Notes under the pieces: generated by a model
Seen by the model: the letters and a program-made list of their open reading frames with translations, nothing else
What the model was told of the DNA's origin: nothing
Database searches by the model: none
Program-made: the position numbers and the translations under genes
IMG/VR virus record: IMGVR_UViG_3300046665_000548
Coordinates: 496,001-560,000 of that record
DNA length: 64,000 bases
Reading direction: 5' to 3' (one strand)
Shown: in pieces, positions 62,951 through 64,000 of the stretch
How positions within the stretch are numbered: position 1 is the stretch's first letter
How the letters are laid out: every line of letters starts with the position of its first letter

Positions 62951-64000
62951 ATGTCATTCTCAGTTTTCGACTCCGCAAATCGTTCCGACCATACCAAATC
63001 TCTGGCATTCTTGGACCCGAATGGCGGCGTAACGATCCAGCGCTACGAGGCGATGAAGTATCGCCAGTTCGACAAGCTGACCGAAAGCCAACTGGGTTTC
63101 TTCTGGCGTCCCCAAGAAGTCGCTGTGGATAAAGATAGCAAAGACTTCAAAGACCTCACCGATCATGAGAAGCACATCTTCTCTTCAAACTTGAAGCGGC
63201 AAATTCTCCTCGATTCCGTGCAGGGTCGTGCGCCGACTGCCGCTTTCGGACCGATTGTGTCGTTGCCAGAGATCGAGGGCTGGATCATCGCTTGGGCCTT
63301 CTCCGAGTCGATCCACTCCCGCTCCTACACCCACATTATTCGAAACGTGTATTCTGACCCTTCCGTTATCTTTGACGAGATGATGGACATTCAGGAGATC
63401 GTGGATTGTGCCAAAAACATCTCCGAATACTACGACCGTCTGATCAAGCTTAATTGTGATCGGGAGGCCGACTACTATGACACGAAGCTTCACTTCGACA
63501 ACCCGGAGTACGAGCACAAGAAGGCCCTGTGGATGGCGCTGATGAGCGTGAACATCTTGGAGGGTGTTCGGTTCTACGTCTCGTTTGCCTGCTCCTGGGC
63601 CTTCGCTGAGACGAAGCGCATGGAAGGAAACGCAAAGATCATCAAGCTGATCTGTCGCGATGAGAACTTGCACCTCGCCTCGACACAGACACTCTTGAAG
63701 ATTCTCCCCCAGGACGATCCGGATTACGCGAAGATCGCGGAAGAGACGCGCGAGCAATCGATCAAGCTGTTCACGGATGCCGTTGATCAGGAAAAGGCAT
63801 GGGCGCAATACCTCTTCAAAGATGGTTCCATGATCGGCCTGAACTATGAACTTCTTTCTCAGTACGTGGATTGGATCGCCAACAAGCGACTAAGCGCAGT
63901 CGGTCTCCCCACTCAATACAAGACAGGCGCTAATCCTCTTCCTTGGACCCAAAAATGGATCGCCGGTTCCGACGTTCAGGTCGCACCACAAGAAGTCGAG
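62951..64000 (+). CDS. nrdB: Class Ia ribonucleotide reductase beta subunit (runs off window)
   Basis: ATG 62951; FFWRPQE, LLDSVQGR, ESIHSRSY, LEGVRFYVSF, RDENLH. Confidence 0.96.
   Translation, partial: MSFSVFDSANRSDHTKSLAFLDPNGGVTIQRYEAMKYRQFDKLTESQLGFFWRPQEVAVDKDSKDFKDLTDHEKHIFSSNLKRQILLDSVQGRAPTAAFGPIVSLPEIEGWIIAWAFSESIHSRSYTHIIRNVYSDPSVIFDEMMDIQEIVDCAKNISEYYDRLIKLNCDREADYYDTKLHFDNPEYEHKKALWMALMSVNILEGVRFYVSFACSWAFAETKRMEGNAKIIKLICRDENLHLASTQTLLKILPQDDPDYAKIAEETREQSIKLFTDAVDQEKAWAQYLFKDGSMIGLNYELLSQYVDWIANKRLSAVGLPTQYKTGANPLPWTQKWIAGSDVQVAPQEVE

Noticed and set aside
1-64000. CRISPR array, integrase/IS elements, stop-codon reassignment
   Set aside because: No regularly spaced repeats or transposase motifs were seen. 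Known genes are full length under the standard code and end in all three stop codons.

Overview
This is a 64 kb, densely coding fragment of a large lytic dsDNA phage genome (jumbo myovirus-like, standard genetic code). The host is probably an alphaproteobacterium (Hyphomicrobiales-like); this is inferred from an Omp25/RopB-type porin and the promoter style. Recognisable genes include clpP, clpS, clpX, a MoxR-like AAA+/VWA-metallopeptidase pair, argS, bS21 (rpsU), MazG, AdoMet decarboxylase, two type II topoisomerase subunits, a B12-type radical SAM enzyme, four 2OG-Fe(II) oxygenases, RtcB2 and PrfH, Smr, two exonucleases, a mini-ligase, virion proteins, an S8 protease, an Acb1 (T4 57B)-like 2H phosphoesterase and nrdAB. 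Two promoter families recur: CTTGAC-N17-TAGATT (early-like) and TAAATA (T4 late-like), and both often produce leaderless mRNAs. The top finding is at 27.7-28.2 kb. A cluster of one Asp and three Glu tRNA genes sits behind an unannotated 23-codon leader peptide whose DEREED run uses exactly the codons those tRNAs read (GAC GAA CGC GAG GAA GAT). Mutually exclusive hairpins and an intrinsic terminator follow. This looks like a ribosome-dependent transcription attenuator that switches on phage tRNA genes when the cognate charged tRNAs are depleted. Also notable are two structured non-coding regions (29.26-29.44 kb with loop-loop complementarity; 44.06-44.89 kb) and a family of enzymes with capsid-targeting-like N-termini. 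All calls come from reading motifs and base pairing by eye; no database searches or folding programs were run.
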